NCBI GenBank assembly: GCA_018675975.1
Contig: JABGXB010000002.1
Location: 442,098 to 506,097 of the forward strand
Reading direction: 5' to 3'
Source: Candidatus Woesearchaeota archaeon
Lineage (GTDB): Archaea > Nanobdellota > Nanobdellia > Woesearchaeales > JABGXB01
DNA: 64,000 nt
Below are positions 10,254 to 19,673 of the stretch, piece after piece. The notes beneath the pieces are model-generated. The model was given only the letters and a program-made list of their open reading frames with translations, did no database searches and had not been told where the DNA came from. How positions within the stretch are numbered: the stretch's first letter is position 1; every line of letters begins with the position of its first letter. The translations under genes and the position numbers were made by a program.

Positions 10254-11053
10254 TAAAAATCAGATTTACTTATTTTTCTTTTAATGTCATAATATTCTAA
10301 TGATGAGCTATCTATTTCTTTTATTCCTTTATTACATATTTCAAAATATTCTGATTTTCCTTCGGGTATGAATCTATTTTTTATTATAGATACTTTTCTA
10401 ATTCGATTTAAATGTTCATAATCATCAATTGGCTTTACTATTTTTAATTCCATTAATGCTTTTGATGTATATTTTAATATGTCTCCACCAACCATATTTA
10501 CAGTTTCTTTTTTTTCAAAATTAGCATAAACTTGATTTGTTAGCACTACTGGAATGTTTAAAATTCTTGCTATATCGGTTAATATTCCAATTTGTTTTGC
10601 AAGCATTTGATTTATTAAAGGTATATTTTTATTCTTTGCCATTTCAAGTCTATATAAATATACAATTGAATCAACTAAAATTATTCCAATATTTTTTTCT
10701 TTTAATTTTGAAATCATATCATTAATATTTGAAAAAACATTATTTTGCATATTAAATGAAGTTGGTTTGAATAAATATGTATTAGATAAAATTGTTTCGT
10801 AATTTTCACTATTTATTTGTTTTAATCTTTCTAAACTTAAACCACCTTCTGTATCTACATAAATTACTTTTTGTCCATTATTAATTACTTGATTTAATAG
10901 CATAAGACAAAAATTTGTTTTTCCGGATCCTGAAGGGCCATAAAACGTAGTAATAATGTCTTTTTCAATACCACCACCTAAAAAATTATTTAATAAAATA
11001 TTACCAGTATTTAATTTTTCTTGTTTAAGATTTTTTAAATCAATAAGCTCCAT
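10250..11053 (-). CDS. radB: DNA repair protein RadB
   Basis: GPSGSGKTN, YVDTEGG, LTNQVY, VGGDILKY, KNR motif; no RadA N-terminal domain. Confidence 0.92.
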   Translation of the reverse strand: MELIDLKNLKQEKLNTGNILLNNFLGGGIEKDIITTFYGPSGSGKTNFCLMLLNQVINNGQKVIYVDTEGGLSLERLKQINSENYETILSNTYLFKPTSFNMQNNVFSNINDMISKLKEKNIGIILVDSIVYLYRLEMAKNKNIPLINQMLAKQIGILTDIARILNIPVVLTNQVYANFEKKETVNMVGGDILKYTSKALMELKIVKPIDDYEHLNRIRKVSIIKNRFIPEGKSEYFEICNKGIKEIDSSSLEYYDIKRKISKSDFY

Positions 11054-11105
11054 ATTTGTAAAAAGTGATAAAGCTTAAAAGTTATAGTGTTTTCGTTTAT
11101 TTGTT

Positions 11106-12581
11106 GTGAAAATATCTGACTCAAAATATATAAGCCATTGGCTATTTTTTATTATGATTTTTGTATTTCTTTTTAGAATGTATTTTAGTTATGGTATATT
11201 TGGATTTAATGATGATTTTAGTTATAAAACTGTATTTAATATAGAACAAATAATTAGTGATCCTTTAAACATGCAATTTAATTTATATTATTATTTACTT
11301 AGTTTCTTTTATTATTTATTTCCATTTTTTTTAACTTTAAAAATTATAAATAATATAATTGCAGTTTTAATTATTTTATTGAATTATAAAATTGCAAAAT
11401 ATATTACTAATGAAGAAAATAGTAGTTTATTGGTTGCATTAATAAGTGGATTTATTCCTATTTTTGTAATTGAAACATTTAATAGTTTAAATTCTTTTAA
11501 TTTATTTTTATTTTTATTTGTTTTTCAAATATATAATTTTATTAGTTTTAAAAATAAATATAATATTCATTTTTACTTATTTATTTTAATTACAATTATT
11601 TTACCTTTTGTAAGCCCATTATCAATACTTTTAGCATTTTCACTTTTGCTTTTTTTAGCTTTGGCATTTATTGAAGGTTTAGATGTTGTAAAACATAAAG
11701 TAGATTTAATAATATTTACTTCAATTTATTTAATATGGGCACAATTTTTAATTTATAAAAATTTATTTTTAAATTTTGGTCCTGATGTAATTTATCAAAA
11801 TATTCCAAATTCTTTAATTGAAAATTATTTTATTGATACTAGTTTAAGGAGTATGATTTTTGAAATTGGTTTTATTCCATTAGTATTTGGAATTTTTATT
11901 ATTTACTTTTTTATTTTTAAAAAACAAAGATTTTTACTTAGTTTATTTCCATTTTTTTTAGTCTTTTTATTTTTGATTTTTTTTAGATTAATTTCATTAA
12001 AAATAGGTTTAATTTTAATTGGTGAATTATTTGTACTTATATTTATGTTTTTTTTCAAATTAGCATTAGATTGGATTAAAAATTCAAAATTTGATAGGGT
12101 GTGGTATGTGTTTTTATTATGTTTCTTTTTTATATTTTTATTTAGTTCATATATTCCAATTCAGTCACAATTAATAGAAATATCCCATGATAAAGAAATT
12201 GAAAATAATGAATATTTATATGAATTTATTAAAGAAAATTTGAAAGGTAAAAAAATATTAGCTGATTATAAATATGGTTTTTTTATACAATCAGTAGGTG
12301 CAATCTCAATGTTAGATCAAGATTTTTATAAACTTAAAAATTCTCAAAAAATATTGACAGATATTAAAATATTTTATTCCTTTACAAGTTCAGTATCATC
12401 TTTGAGAATACTTGAAAAATATGATGTTGATTATTTTTTAATAAATAAAAATATATTAAAAAGTTATGGTCAGGAAAGTTTTAAAATTGAAAATGATTTA
12501 TGTTTTAAAGATACAAAGAGTTTTGTAAAAATATATGATGATGGCTTTAATCAAATATATAAGGGGAATTGTTTACTATGA
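11106..12581 (+). CDS. Polytopic membrane protein, GT-C/STT3-like architecture
   Basis: Many TM helices plus soluble C-terminal domain with ILADYKYGFFI and ILEKYDVDYFLI. Confidence 0.55.
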   Translation: MKISDSKYISHWLFFIMIFVFLFRMYFSYGIFGFNDDFSYKTVFNIEQIISDPLNMQFNLYYYLLSFFYYLFPFFLTLKIINNIIAVLIILLNYKIAKYITNEENSSLLVALISGFIPIFVIETFNSLNSFNLFLFLFVFQIYNFISFKNKYNIHFYLFILITIILPFVSPLSILLAFSLLLFLALAFIEGLDVVKHKVDLIIFTSIYLIWAQFLIYKNLFLNFGPDVIYQNIPNSLIENYFIDTSLRSMIFEIGFIPLVFGIFIIYFFIFKKQRFLLSLFPFFLVFLFLIFFRLISLKIGLILIGELFVLIFMFFFKLALDWIKNSKFDRVWYVFLLCFFFIFLFSSYIPIQSQLIEISHDKEIENNEYLYEFIKENLKGKKILADYKYGFFIQSVGAISMLDQDFYKLKNSQKILTDIKIFYSFTSSVSSLRILEKYDVDYFLINKNILKSYGQESFKIENDLCFKDTKSFVKIYDDGFNQIYKGNCLL

Positions 12582-14137
12582 GTGAGAAAATATTTAGATT
12601 TTTGAATATGGATTATTCTAAATTATCGAAAAAAACAATCTTATTAGTTTCATATACAATTTTATTAATGGTATTAATTTTTTGGTTTAATTTTAAGGGT
12701 GTAGACAATATTATAATTAATAGTGAATCTACATTAAATAATTTTGAATCTGTTAAATTAATTGGTGAAGATAGTTTAACTTTTGGATCAAAATATTATG
12801 GATTTGGCTTAGAAAATTTATTTAATTCTTATATTAGTAAATATATAGATAATTATTTAATATTAATTATTTATTTTCTGATTTTTGGATTGACACTATT
12901 CATATTATATGATTTTTTAATTAAAAATTATGTTAGTAAAGATATTATTTTTTTGTTTTTTACATTTTTTTCTATAAGTCCTATTGTATTATATAATTTA
13001 TTTTCTTTAAATGAATCTATAATTTCTTTTTTTCTTTTTTCCTTAATTTTATATTTAGATAATTTATATAGAAATACTAATTCAATTTGGTATTTGATTC
13101 TTTACTTTCTTTTACTTATTTTTATATTACCGTTTTTAACTTTATTTAATTCTTTAATTTTTTATTTATTTTATTTATGTTATCTATTTTCATTAAGAGA
13201 TCAAAAAAAATTATTTTATATTTTTTATATATTGAGTATTGTAATATTTTTATATGTTTTAAGTGAATATATTGTCTTTTTTGGTTTAGCTAATTTATTT
13301 GTATTTCATAATATTTCATTTTTTGAATTTTTACAATCTTTAATAAGTGATTTTGGTGCGAAATTTGGAGTAAATATTTTCTTTTTTATATTATCTTTTG
13401 TTGGTATATATAAATTATGGATTATTAAATACAAATTAAGATTTATGTATGTTTTTTTTGTTTTTTTAATATTATTTCATATTTTTTTTAATCCATTTAA
13501 TAATTTTTATTCGAGTTTATTTATTTGTCTTTTTGGTGCAGTTGGATATATTATTTTTAAAAATAGGCATTGGTCTAATTTGAATATTAAGTCATTTACA
13601 CTTTTATTATTATTTTGTGGATTATTATTTTCGACAATATCATTTTATGTTAGATTACCGAGTTTTGATATAAATGAGGATCAAATTGCATTTTTGAAAG
13701 GTATAGATGAAATTGAATATATTAATATTGAAGATGGTAATATTAAAAATTCTTTTTTAAATAAAAAAGATGGGATTTTTTCTGATGCTACAATATTATC
13801 TCATCCAAAATATTCAAATTTTATTAAATTTTATAATGGTAAGGTATTGGCTGATTTAAATGATATTAGAATTAAATCTATTGATTCTGCTGATGATCAA
13901 ATTGATTTGTTGATGACTCAAAATATAAATTTTGCATTGAAATTAATTAAAAAATATGATATTGATTTTGTTTTAGTATCAAAAGATATGGAAAATGGAG
14001 ATCTTTGGTATTATAGAACTGATGGTTTACAATTATTTTTTAATGAAAAGTTTAGGGGTGAAAAACTTTTTGATTTAGTTTGGTTTAATGCCGACTATAA
14101 ATTATATAGAGTTGAAAAATTATTTTTTCTTGAATAA
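12578..14137 (+). CDS. Polytopic membrane protein, GT-C/STT3-like architecture (paralog of upstream gene)
   Basis: ATGA overlap with upstream stop; many TM helices; ILSHPKYSNFI and LIKKYDIDFVLV. Confidence 0.55.
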   Translation: MSEKIFRFLNMDYSKLSKKTILLVSYTILLMVLIFWFNFKGVDNIIINSESTLNNFESVKLIGEDSLTFGSKYYGFGLENLFNSYISKYIDNYLILIIYFLIFGLTLFILYDFLIKNYVSKDIIFLFFTFFSISPIVLYNLFSLNESIISFFLFSLILYLDNLYRNTNSIWYLILYFLLLIFILPFLTLFNSLIFYLFYLCYLFSLRDQKKLFYIFYILSIVIFLYVLSEYIVFFGLANLFVFHNISFFEFLQSLISDFGAKFGVNIFFFILSFVGIYKLWIIKYKLRFMYVFFVFLILFHIFFNPFNNFYSSLFICLFGAVGYIIFKNRHWSNLNIKSFTLLLLFCGLLFSTISFYVRLPSFDINEDQIAFLKGIDEIEYINIEDGNIKNSFLNKKDGIFSDATILSHPKYSNFIKFYNGKVLADLNDIRIKSIDSADDQIDLLMTQNINFALKLIKKYDIDFVLVSKDMENGDLWYYRTDGLQLFFNEKFRGEKLFDLVWFNADYKLYRVEKLFFLE

Positions 14138-14149
14138 TTTGAGTATAAT

Positions 14150-14157
14150 TTTATAAA
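14150..14157 (+). promoter_or_regulatory. Archaeal TATA box of the pilin-like cluster
   Basis: TTTATAAA ending 22 nt before ATG 14180, the same spacing as at several other genes in the window. Confidence 0.55.
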
Positions 14158-14179
14158 TGTGCTTTTTTATAAATAAAAT

Positions 14180-14281
14180 ATGAAAAAAGGTGATATTGAT
14201 AGTACTACTGTCTATATTATAATTACATTAATTTGTTTTATATTAGTTTCAGTTTATTTTGCAACTGTTTTATTAACATGA
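14180..14281 (+). CDS. 33-aa micro pilin-like peptide (class III signal peptide only)
   Basis: MKKG/DIDSTTVYIIITLICFILVSVYFATVLLT*; stop overlaps the next start (ATGA); not in the ORF track. Confidence 0.65.
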   Translation: MKKGDIDSTTVYIIITLICFILVSVYFATVLLT

Positions 14282-15252
14282 AAAAAGGTCTTATTGAATT
14301 TACGCGTGCAACTATAATTTTATTAGTGGTTTTTTTTTTATTACTTGGACTGATGTATCAATTTTCTACTTTAGCGGAAAAGCAATCCAAAATTGAAAAA
14401 TGTAAATATATAATCAGTCAAATGAGATCAATTGCTGAGAGTTCATTTGGTTTTGAGAAAATGACTAATTCACTTTTGAGAACTTTAATTGATATTTCCA
14501 ATATTATGAAAGATTCATGTGTTACATATGAAAGTGAGTTGGGTGAACCTTTAATCGAAGATAAAAAATATTATGATAAATTAGATGATTCTTTTTCAAA
14601 CTGTGCAAATATTTATTATAATAATAAAAATCCATTTTTTAAACTTCCTACAAAATTATCTTATGTAACTGATGGTAAAAAAGATATTTATGGTTCAACT
14701 TTTTGTATTGTTTGTGAAGATATTAATTTGCCAAAGGAAATTGAATTTGATCATTTAGATTATTATAAACACAGAGATTCATTAAGTTCTAAGTCAAAAG
14801 GTGTAAGTAAAAATTTTAATTATATTGGAAAATTTCATGAAAATAAATATACTAGTGATTTTTTGAGTATACAACCTATTACCTTTACTCAAATAAAACG
14901 TATTTATGATAATGAAAATGATGTTAAAAGTAATTTGAATTTACTTGATCAAAAAGTATTAAATTCATGGACTATTAAAAATTTAAATTTTTTTAATGAT
15001 GAATTTTCTAAACAGAGTTTTAATGAAAAAGATAGTATTTCACTTGTACTTTTATTTAGTGATTTTAATTTAGATGCATCCAATGATGCCCCAATTATGG
15101 CAGTTTTACCTAAGCGTAAAACTTATTATAGATATTTACCTTCATCAGATTATAAGGAAAAATTAATTGACAATATTGATTTACAAAATTCACAAATTGA
15201 AAGTGATTTGTATGTGCCTTGTACACGATTTAAAACCGAATCACTTAATTAA
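14278..15252 (+). CDS. Type IV pilin-like protein, 324 aa, Cys-containing
   Basis: MKKG/LIEFTRATIILLVVFFLLLGL class III signal; FCIVCED motif. Confidence 0.7.
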   Translation: MKKGLIEFTRATIILLVVFFLLLGLMYQFSTLAEKQSKIEKCKYIISQMRSIAESSFGFEKMTNSLLRTLIDISNIMKDSCVTYESELGEPLIEDKKYYDKLDDSFSNCANIYYNNKNPFFKLPTKLSYVTDGKKDIYGSTFCIVCEDINLPKEIEFDHLDYYKHRDSLSSKSKGVSKNFNYIGKFHENKYTSDFLSIQPITFTQIKRIYDNENDVKSNLNLLDQKVLNSWTIKNLNFFNDEFSKQSFNEKDSISLVLLFSDFNLDASNDAPIMAVLPKRKTYYRYLPSSDYKEKLIDNIDLQNSQIESDLYVPCTRFKTESLN

Positions 15253-15257
15253 AAAAA

Positions 15258-16109
15258 ATGGATCTCGAAAAACAAAGATTAATTGGTATAATTTTATCAA
15301 TAGTATTTTTAGTTTTAACTACGTTTTTGATTACAAATACTTTTAATGAATTTAATAAAATTGATGATAATTTAATTTGTAAGCAATCCATATTACTAAA
15401 CTCTAAACTTGAAAAATTAACTGGGAGGGAAGTTAAATATGAATGTAAATCTGAAATAAATGATGTAACAAAATTAAATCAAGAAGAAACTTTTGATTTT
15501 ATTTCAAATGAAATGAAACAATGTAATAGTTTATTTGACTATGGTAAATCTAATATTTTTCCAAATGCACCTAGTGGTAAAACAATTTGTGCTATTTGTT
15601 CATATAATAAAATTAATTTAAATCATGATTATTCAAAATTTGATGATTTTGTTTTTAAAAATAATAGGTTTAAGAATATTTTTGGAATTGAACATTATAA
15701 TAATAATAAACAATTAAATTTTTTTAATTTAAAATTAAAAGATGAAAATATGGCTATGATTGTTAAATTTACAAAAGTAAGTGATGATTTTGCTGATGTT
15801 GCTGGCGAGGGAGTATTAAACTATGTAAGTAAAAATGTTGCAGTAAAATCATTAATTGGTGCATTTCCGGGTTTAGTTTTAATGACTTTTTCAGCGCTTT
15901 CTCCAGACCCCATTTCAAAACTTGCTCTTAGTGGTGAGGTTGCATTAATTGGTGCTGGTGCAATTTCTGGTGCGGGTTATGGTATAATTCAATCAATTGA
16001 TAATATAGTAAATTCAAAGGAAATATTTTTTACCACAATTTTTATAGGTGATTTAGATATTAGTAAATTATCTTCAAAAGAAATTGGATGTGATAAGGTG
16101 ATTTTTTGA
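15258..16109 (+). CDS. Pilin-like membrane-anchored protein with internal Gly-rich hydrophobic hairpin
   Basis: N-terminal TM helix; ICAICS motif similar to the upstream gene; hydrophobic ...PDPISK...GAGAISGAGYG. Confidence 0.6.
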   Translation: MDLEKQRLIGIILSIVFLVLTTFLITNTFNEFNKIDDNLICKQSILLNSKLEKLTGREVKYECKSEINDVTKLNQEETFDFISNEMKQCNSLFDYGKSNIFPNAPSGKTICAICSYNKINLNHDYSKFDDFVFKNNRFKNIFGIEHYNNNKQLNFFNLKLKDENMAMIVKFTKVSDDFADVAGEGVLNYVSKNVAVKSLIGAFPGLVLMTFSALSPDPISKLALSGEVALIGAGAISGAGYGIIQSIDNIVNSKEIFFTTIFIGDLDISKLSSKEIGCDKVIF

Positions 16110-16255
16110 AAAAAGGTGATTTTGAAATTAATACTCTTGGTATGTGGATTTTAGCAATTATTTTTTTATTTATTGGTCTTAGTTTAACAGTTGTATTATT
16201 AAAAGAAAATGGATCGAATTTGATTTTAAATTTCTTTTCAATTTTTGGTGGATAA
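16106..16255 (+). CDS. 49-aa micro pilin-like protein
   Basis: TTG start after AAGGTGAT RBS; MKKG/DFEINTLGMWILAIIFLFIGLSLTVVLLKENGSNLILNFFSIFGG*; exactly fills the gap between neighbours; not in the ORF track. Confidence 0.75.
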   Translation: MKKGDFEINTLGMWILAIIFLFIGLSLTVVLLKENGSNLILNFFSIFGG

Positions 16256-16609
16256 ATGAATTTAGGAAAGATTGCATCAATTATTTTAGTTATTTTAGCA
16301 TTATTTGCAACTTTTGGTATTTTTTATAGTTTTTACAATCCATTAAAAATTGAATGTATAGGTGGAGAATTTAGAGATGAATGTAAATCTAAAGAAGAAA
16401 TAATTGCTTTAGATGGTGAAAATTCTAAAGAAACAATTACATCTTATACTGATATATTTAAAAGTGATGGGCGACCAATAATGCCTGAAACAGATAAAGA
16501 AATTGAACGAAATGTTGATGATTTTTGTAATCAATTAAAAAAAGAAGGTAAAGAATTACATCCCTCTTGTGATGATGAAAATAAAGGAAAATCTAAAATA
16601 TTTAAATAG
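16256..16609 (+). CDS. Small pilin-like membrane-anchored protein
   Basis: N-terminal TM helix then four Cys (ECIGGEFRDEC...FC...SC); GGTGGA RBS. Confidence 0.6.
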   Translation: MNLGKIASIILVILALFATFGIFYSFYNPLKIECIGGEFRDECKSKEEIIALDGENSKETITSYTDIFKSDGRPIMPETDKEIERNVDDFCNQLKKEGKELHPSCDDENKGKSKIFK

Positions 16610-16663
16610 AAATAATAGAAATCTTTAAAAGATAAAAAGCTACAAAAAAGATAGGTGATATTA

Positions 16664-16930
16664 ATGAAAAAAGGTCAAGGACTTTCAATGAATATGATAG
16701 TTATCGCAATAATTGCTATTTTGGTACTGGTAATTATTTCAGTTATTTTTACAGGAAATTTAGGTAAAACAAAAGCAAAACTTGCTGATTGTTCAACAAA
16801 AGGTGGTCAATGTATGACTAAAAGTGAGTGTAATGAATTACAAGGTATTTCAGATCCTACGACGGCATGTAGTGTTGATACTGCGGTTTGTTGTTTAGGT
16901 GGAAATGAGCCAGCTAGTGAATCGCAATAA
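16664..16930 (+). CDS. Type IV pilin (candidate major pilin) with six-Cys C-terminal domain
   Basis: Canonical MKKG/QGLSMNMIVIAIIAILVLVII; AGGTGAT RBS; C-x6-C-x5-C-x12-C-x6-CC. Confidence 0.85.
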   Translation: MKKGQGLSMNMIVIAIIAILVLVIISVIFTGNLGKTKAKLADCSTKGGQCMTKSECNELQGISDPTTACSVDTAVCCLGGNEPASESQ

Positions 16931-16946
16931 TTTTTTATATTTGAAA

Positions 16947-17216
16947 ATGAATAAAAAAGCAAGTGGAATGTCAATTGAATTGGTTGCCATTTCAATTTTA
17001 GTTTTACTTGCTCTTGCCGTCATGGCTTGGATTTTTGTTAGTCAATCAAGTGGTACTAGTAAAACTTTAACTAGTATTTCTAATTCTACAGGAATAAATG
17101 TTTGTGTAAAATATCCTTTGCCAAAAATACCAAAATGTCAAGAGTGTTTAGAAAAGAAGGTTGAAGAACAAAAAAAATGTCTTGAAGATTTAGGTAATTA
17201 TCATATTTCTCAATAG
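16947..17216 (+). CDS. Type IV pilin-like protein, 89 aa
   Basis: MNKKA/SGMSIELVAISILVLLALAVM; four Cys in the C-terminal part. Confidence 0.8.
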   Translation: MNKKASGMSIELVAISILVLLALAVMAWIFVSQSSGTSKTLTSISNSTGINVCVKYPLPKIPKCQECLEKKVEEQKKCLEDLGNYHISQ

Positions 17217-17250
17217 ATATATTTAAAATTTAGATTGATAAAAATATTAT

Positions 17251-17841
17251 ATGGAAAATAAATCTTTGGGTTTAATTATTGGTATTATTATTGCGATTTT
17301 TGGATTAACCTTTGTTTTATATAAAATAGTATTTCCTTTATTTTCTACTACAAATGTTAATTTAAATTATATTGTAGATCAATTTGATGAAGCAATTGAA
17401 AGTGATTTATTATTGCATGGGTGTAGTTTACAAATTCCTTTGTATAATGAAGAATCTATATTATTATTTACTAAAACTATGAATAAAATTATTTATGGTG
17501 ATGGGAATGTGATTGCAAAACCATCGAAATTTATGAATAAAAATATAATTTGTGCTTGTGATGATGTATCTGTAGATATTGTTTGTCAAAATAGTTTATT
17601 ATGTAGGGAGATTGAATATGTACCTAAACCGTTTCAAAATACTAAATATTATGATCCTAAAGCAAAATATTATTTTTCTTCAAAAACAGAATTGTCAAAA
17701 AAACATGATCTTTTTCCTTTTGTGAATATGATGTATTATTTAAGACTTCAAGATTCTGAATTGGAGATTTATCCTATATTTGGCTTAAGTTCTAATAAAA
17801 TTCAAGAAGTATATGATTTAGATCGGTGTATTATTAATTAA
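17251..17841 (+). CDS. Pilin-like membrane-anchored protein
   Basis: MENKS then a hydrophobic helix; ICAC...VC...LC cluster. Confidence 0.6.
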   Translation: MENKSLGLIIGIIIAIFGLTFVLYKIVFPLFSTTNVNLNYIVDQFDEAIESDLLLHGCSLQIPLYNEESILLFTKTMNKIIYGDGNVIAKPSKFMNKNIICACDDVSVDIVCQNSLLCREIEYVPKPFQNTKYYDPKAKYYFSSKTELSKKHDLFPFVNMMYYLRLQDSELEIYPIFGLSSNKIQEVYDLDRCIIN

Positions 17842-17883
17842 TAAATTATTAAATTTATAAATGTCATTTCATTTATTCTTAAT

Positions 17884-18582
17884 ATGAATTCAAAAGGGGA
17901 TGGTGAAATACTTAGTTTACAAGTTATTTTATTATTAGTTTTAGTTATTGGTATATCAGTTTATTTGTTTTTTTTATTTAATTCATTAAATAATTTAAAT
18001 TATATTTATGATGAAATGGATTTTGAGAATAATTTTTTGGCTATTCATATGCTGTCAAGTCAAAATGATGGTTTTTTTGTATTGGATTATAATAGAAAAT
18101 CTAATTATTCTTTTAATAATGAATATTTTACTAAACGATCTGCGGCTATAACGAATAGGCCTTTATTTTTTAATTCAAAAATAAATAATTTTGATTTTAG
18201 TATGGATAATATTAAATTATTATTTAAATCACAAAAAATATTAAATTTTAATTCGGATGAGTGTCAAAGAGATTTTTTTCCACAAAACGTTAAATTATTG
18301 TTTGATTTTGATGATTCGGATTGGTCTAAACAATTTATGGATAATATAAAAAAATTATTTGAAAATAAAGATATTATTATAGATGAAAGTTCGAATTTTA
18401 AAATTAATTTTATTTTTTCTGATAATAATGAAGTTAAAATTAATTCTAATACAAATAAATATTTTTGTGATATTTATACTGTTAAAGAACAAAATTATAA
18501 TATTGTATTTAATTTAAAAAATAATGATGATTCAAGTTATGCTAAAATTTTAGAGTTTATGGAGGAAATTCGAATTGAATAA
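17884..18582 (+). CDS. Type IV pilin-like protein
   Basis: MNSKG/DGEILSLQVILLLVLVIG; own TTTATAAA at 17854-17861. Confidence 0.7.
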   Translation: MNSKGDGEILSLQVILLLVLVIGISVYLFFLFNSLNNLNYIYDEMDFENNFLAIHMLSSQNDGFFVLDYNRKSNYSFNNEYFTKRSAAITNRPLFFNSKINNFDFSMDNIKLLFKSQKILNFNSDECQRDFFPQNVKLLFDFDDSDWSKQFMDNIKKLFENKDIIIDESSNFKINFIFSDNNEVKINSNTNKYFCDIYTVKEQNYNIVFNLKNNDDSSYAKILEFMEEIRIE

Positions 18583-19063
18583 AAAGGGTGAGGGGTATAA
18601 TCCAATTTTTTGGATGATAATTATTATTTTTACTATAATAGTTGTAACTTTATCCAATATATTATTATTTAATATGAAAAATATTAGTTTAGATATGACT
18701 AAATCTGAAGTAAATGTAATTGAATTTAAATTATTAAACTCATTTTTGATGACTGATTCAAATAATCTAAATTATAATAATTTTAATCAAAATTATATGA
18801 ATACTTATTTTAATATTGATGAGAGAAATGATTTTTCTGCTAAAATTATATTAAAAATAATGAAAAATAATGAATTATTAGAAACTAAAATATTATATTT
18901 TAATAAGGATAAATATGATAGAGATATTATCCGAATCGATTCTAGTGGGAGTGGGAGTAAAAAAATAATTTCAAAAAAAAGACAAATCCCTATTGAAAAT
19001 TATAAATTTGGAAATTTTATGGGTCTTGTTGAAATGCAATTTTTGGTGAATAATTATGAATAA
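18575..19063 (+). CDS. Type IV pilin-like protein
   Basis: TTG start after GGAGG; MNKKG/EGYNPIFWMIIIIFTIIVV. Confidence 0.72.
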   Translation: MNKKGEGYNPIFWMIIIIFTIIVVTLSNILLFNMKNISLDMTKSEVNVIEFKLLNSFLMTDSNNLNYNNFNQNYMNTYFNIDERNDFSAKIILKIMKNNELLETKILYFNKDKYDRDIIRIDSSGSGSKKIISKKRQIPIENYKFGNFMGLVEMQFLVNNYE

Positions 19064-19673
19064 TAAGGGTGTACTTGAATATTTTACATGGGGCGTTTAT
19101 TTACTTATTATTTTTATAATATTTTTGTCTGCTTCTATAATTTTAACTTTTGTAATTGAAGATGAACAAAAAATAATTAAGAAATCTGACAGTTTATATT
19201 TTAATGATGTAATTAATGAATGGAATAGGGCTTATTCTGATTTTGGAAATACTAATTATGATGATGTGAATGCATATTTGTCAAAAGCTTATATCAATAG
19301 TGATATTGATATGTCTAAAAAAATGCAAGATAATATATTTTATGAATATGAAAATGAAATTAATATCGATAATATAAAAAATGAATTTAATAATTATTTT
19401 AGTGCTATTGATTTCAATTACACTTTAATTGTTAATGTTCCAGATTTTTCGGCCATAGCTAAAAATAAAAATATTAATGAACGAAAAAGAAGTGTATTGT
19501 TTTGTTTTATTTTAGAGAGTGAAAATTTTAGATGTTCACCATTTGTTAAACAGAGTTATTTAAATGGAGTGGAAAATATAATTTATTCAAAAACGGTAAA
19601 ACATTATGTTTTATTTGAAAATGATCCTATTGAATATGAGGTAATATATGAAATTATTGAAAAGAAAAGCTGA
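19056..19673 (+). CDS. Type IV pilin-like protein
   Basis: GGTGA RBS; MNNKG/VLEYFTWGVYLLIIFIIF. Confidence 0.72.
   Translation: MNNKGVLEYFTWGVYLLIIFIIFLSASIILTFVIEDEQKIIKKSDSLYFNDVINEWNRAYSDFGNTNYDDVNAYLSKAYINSDIDMSKKMQDNIFYEYENEINIDNIKNEFNNYFSAIDFNYTLIVNVPDFSAIAKNKNINERKRSVLFCFILESENFRCSPFVKQSYLNGVENIIYSKTVKHYVLFENDPIEYEVIYEIIEKKS

Noticed and set aside
14233..14277. ORF-track N-terminal extensions of pilin-like genes (starts at 14233, 16655, 16899)
   Set aside because: Downstream ATGs at 14278, 16664 and 16947 give proper class III signal peptides
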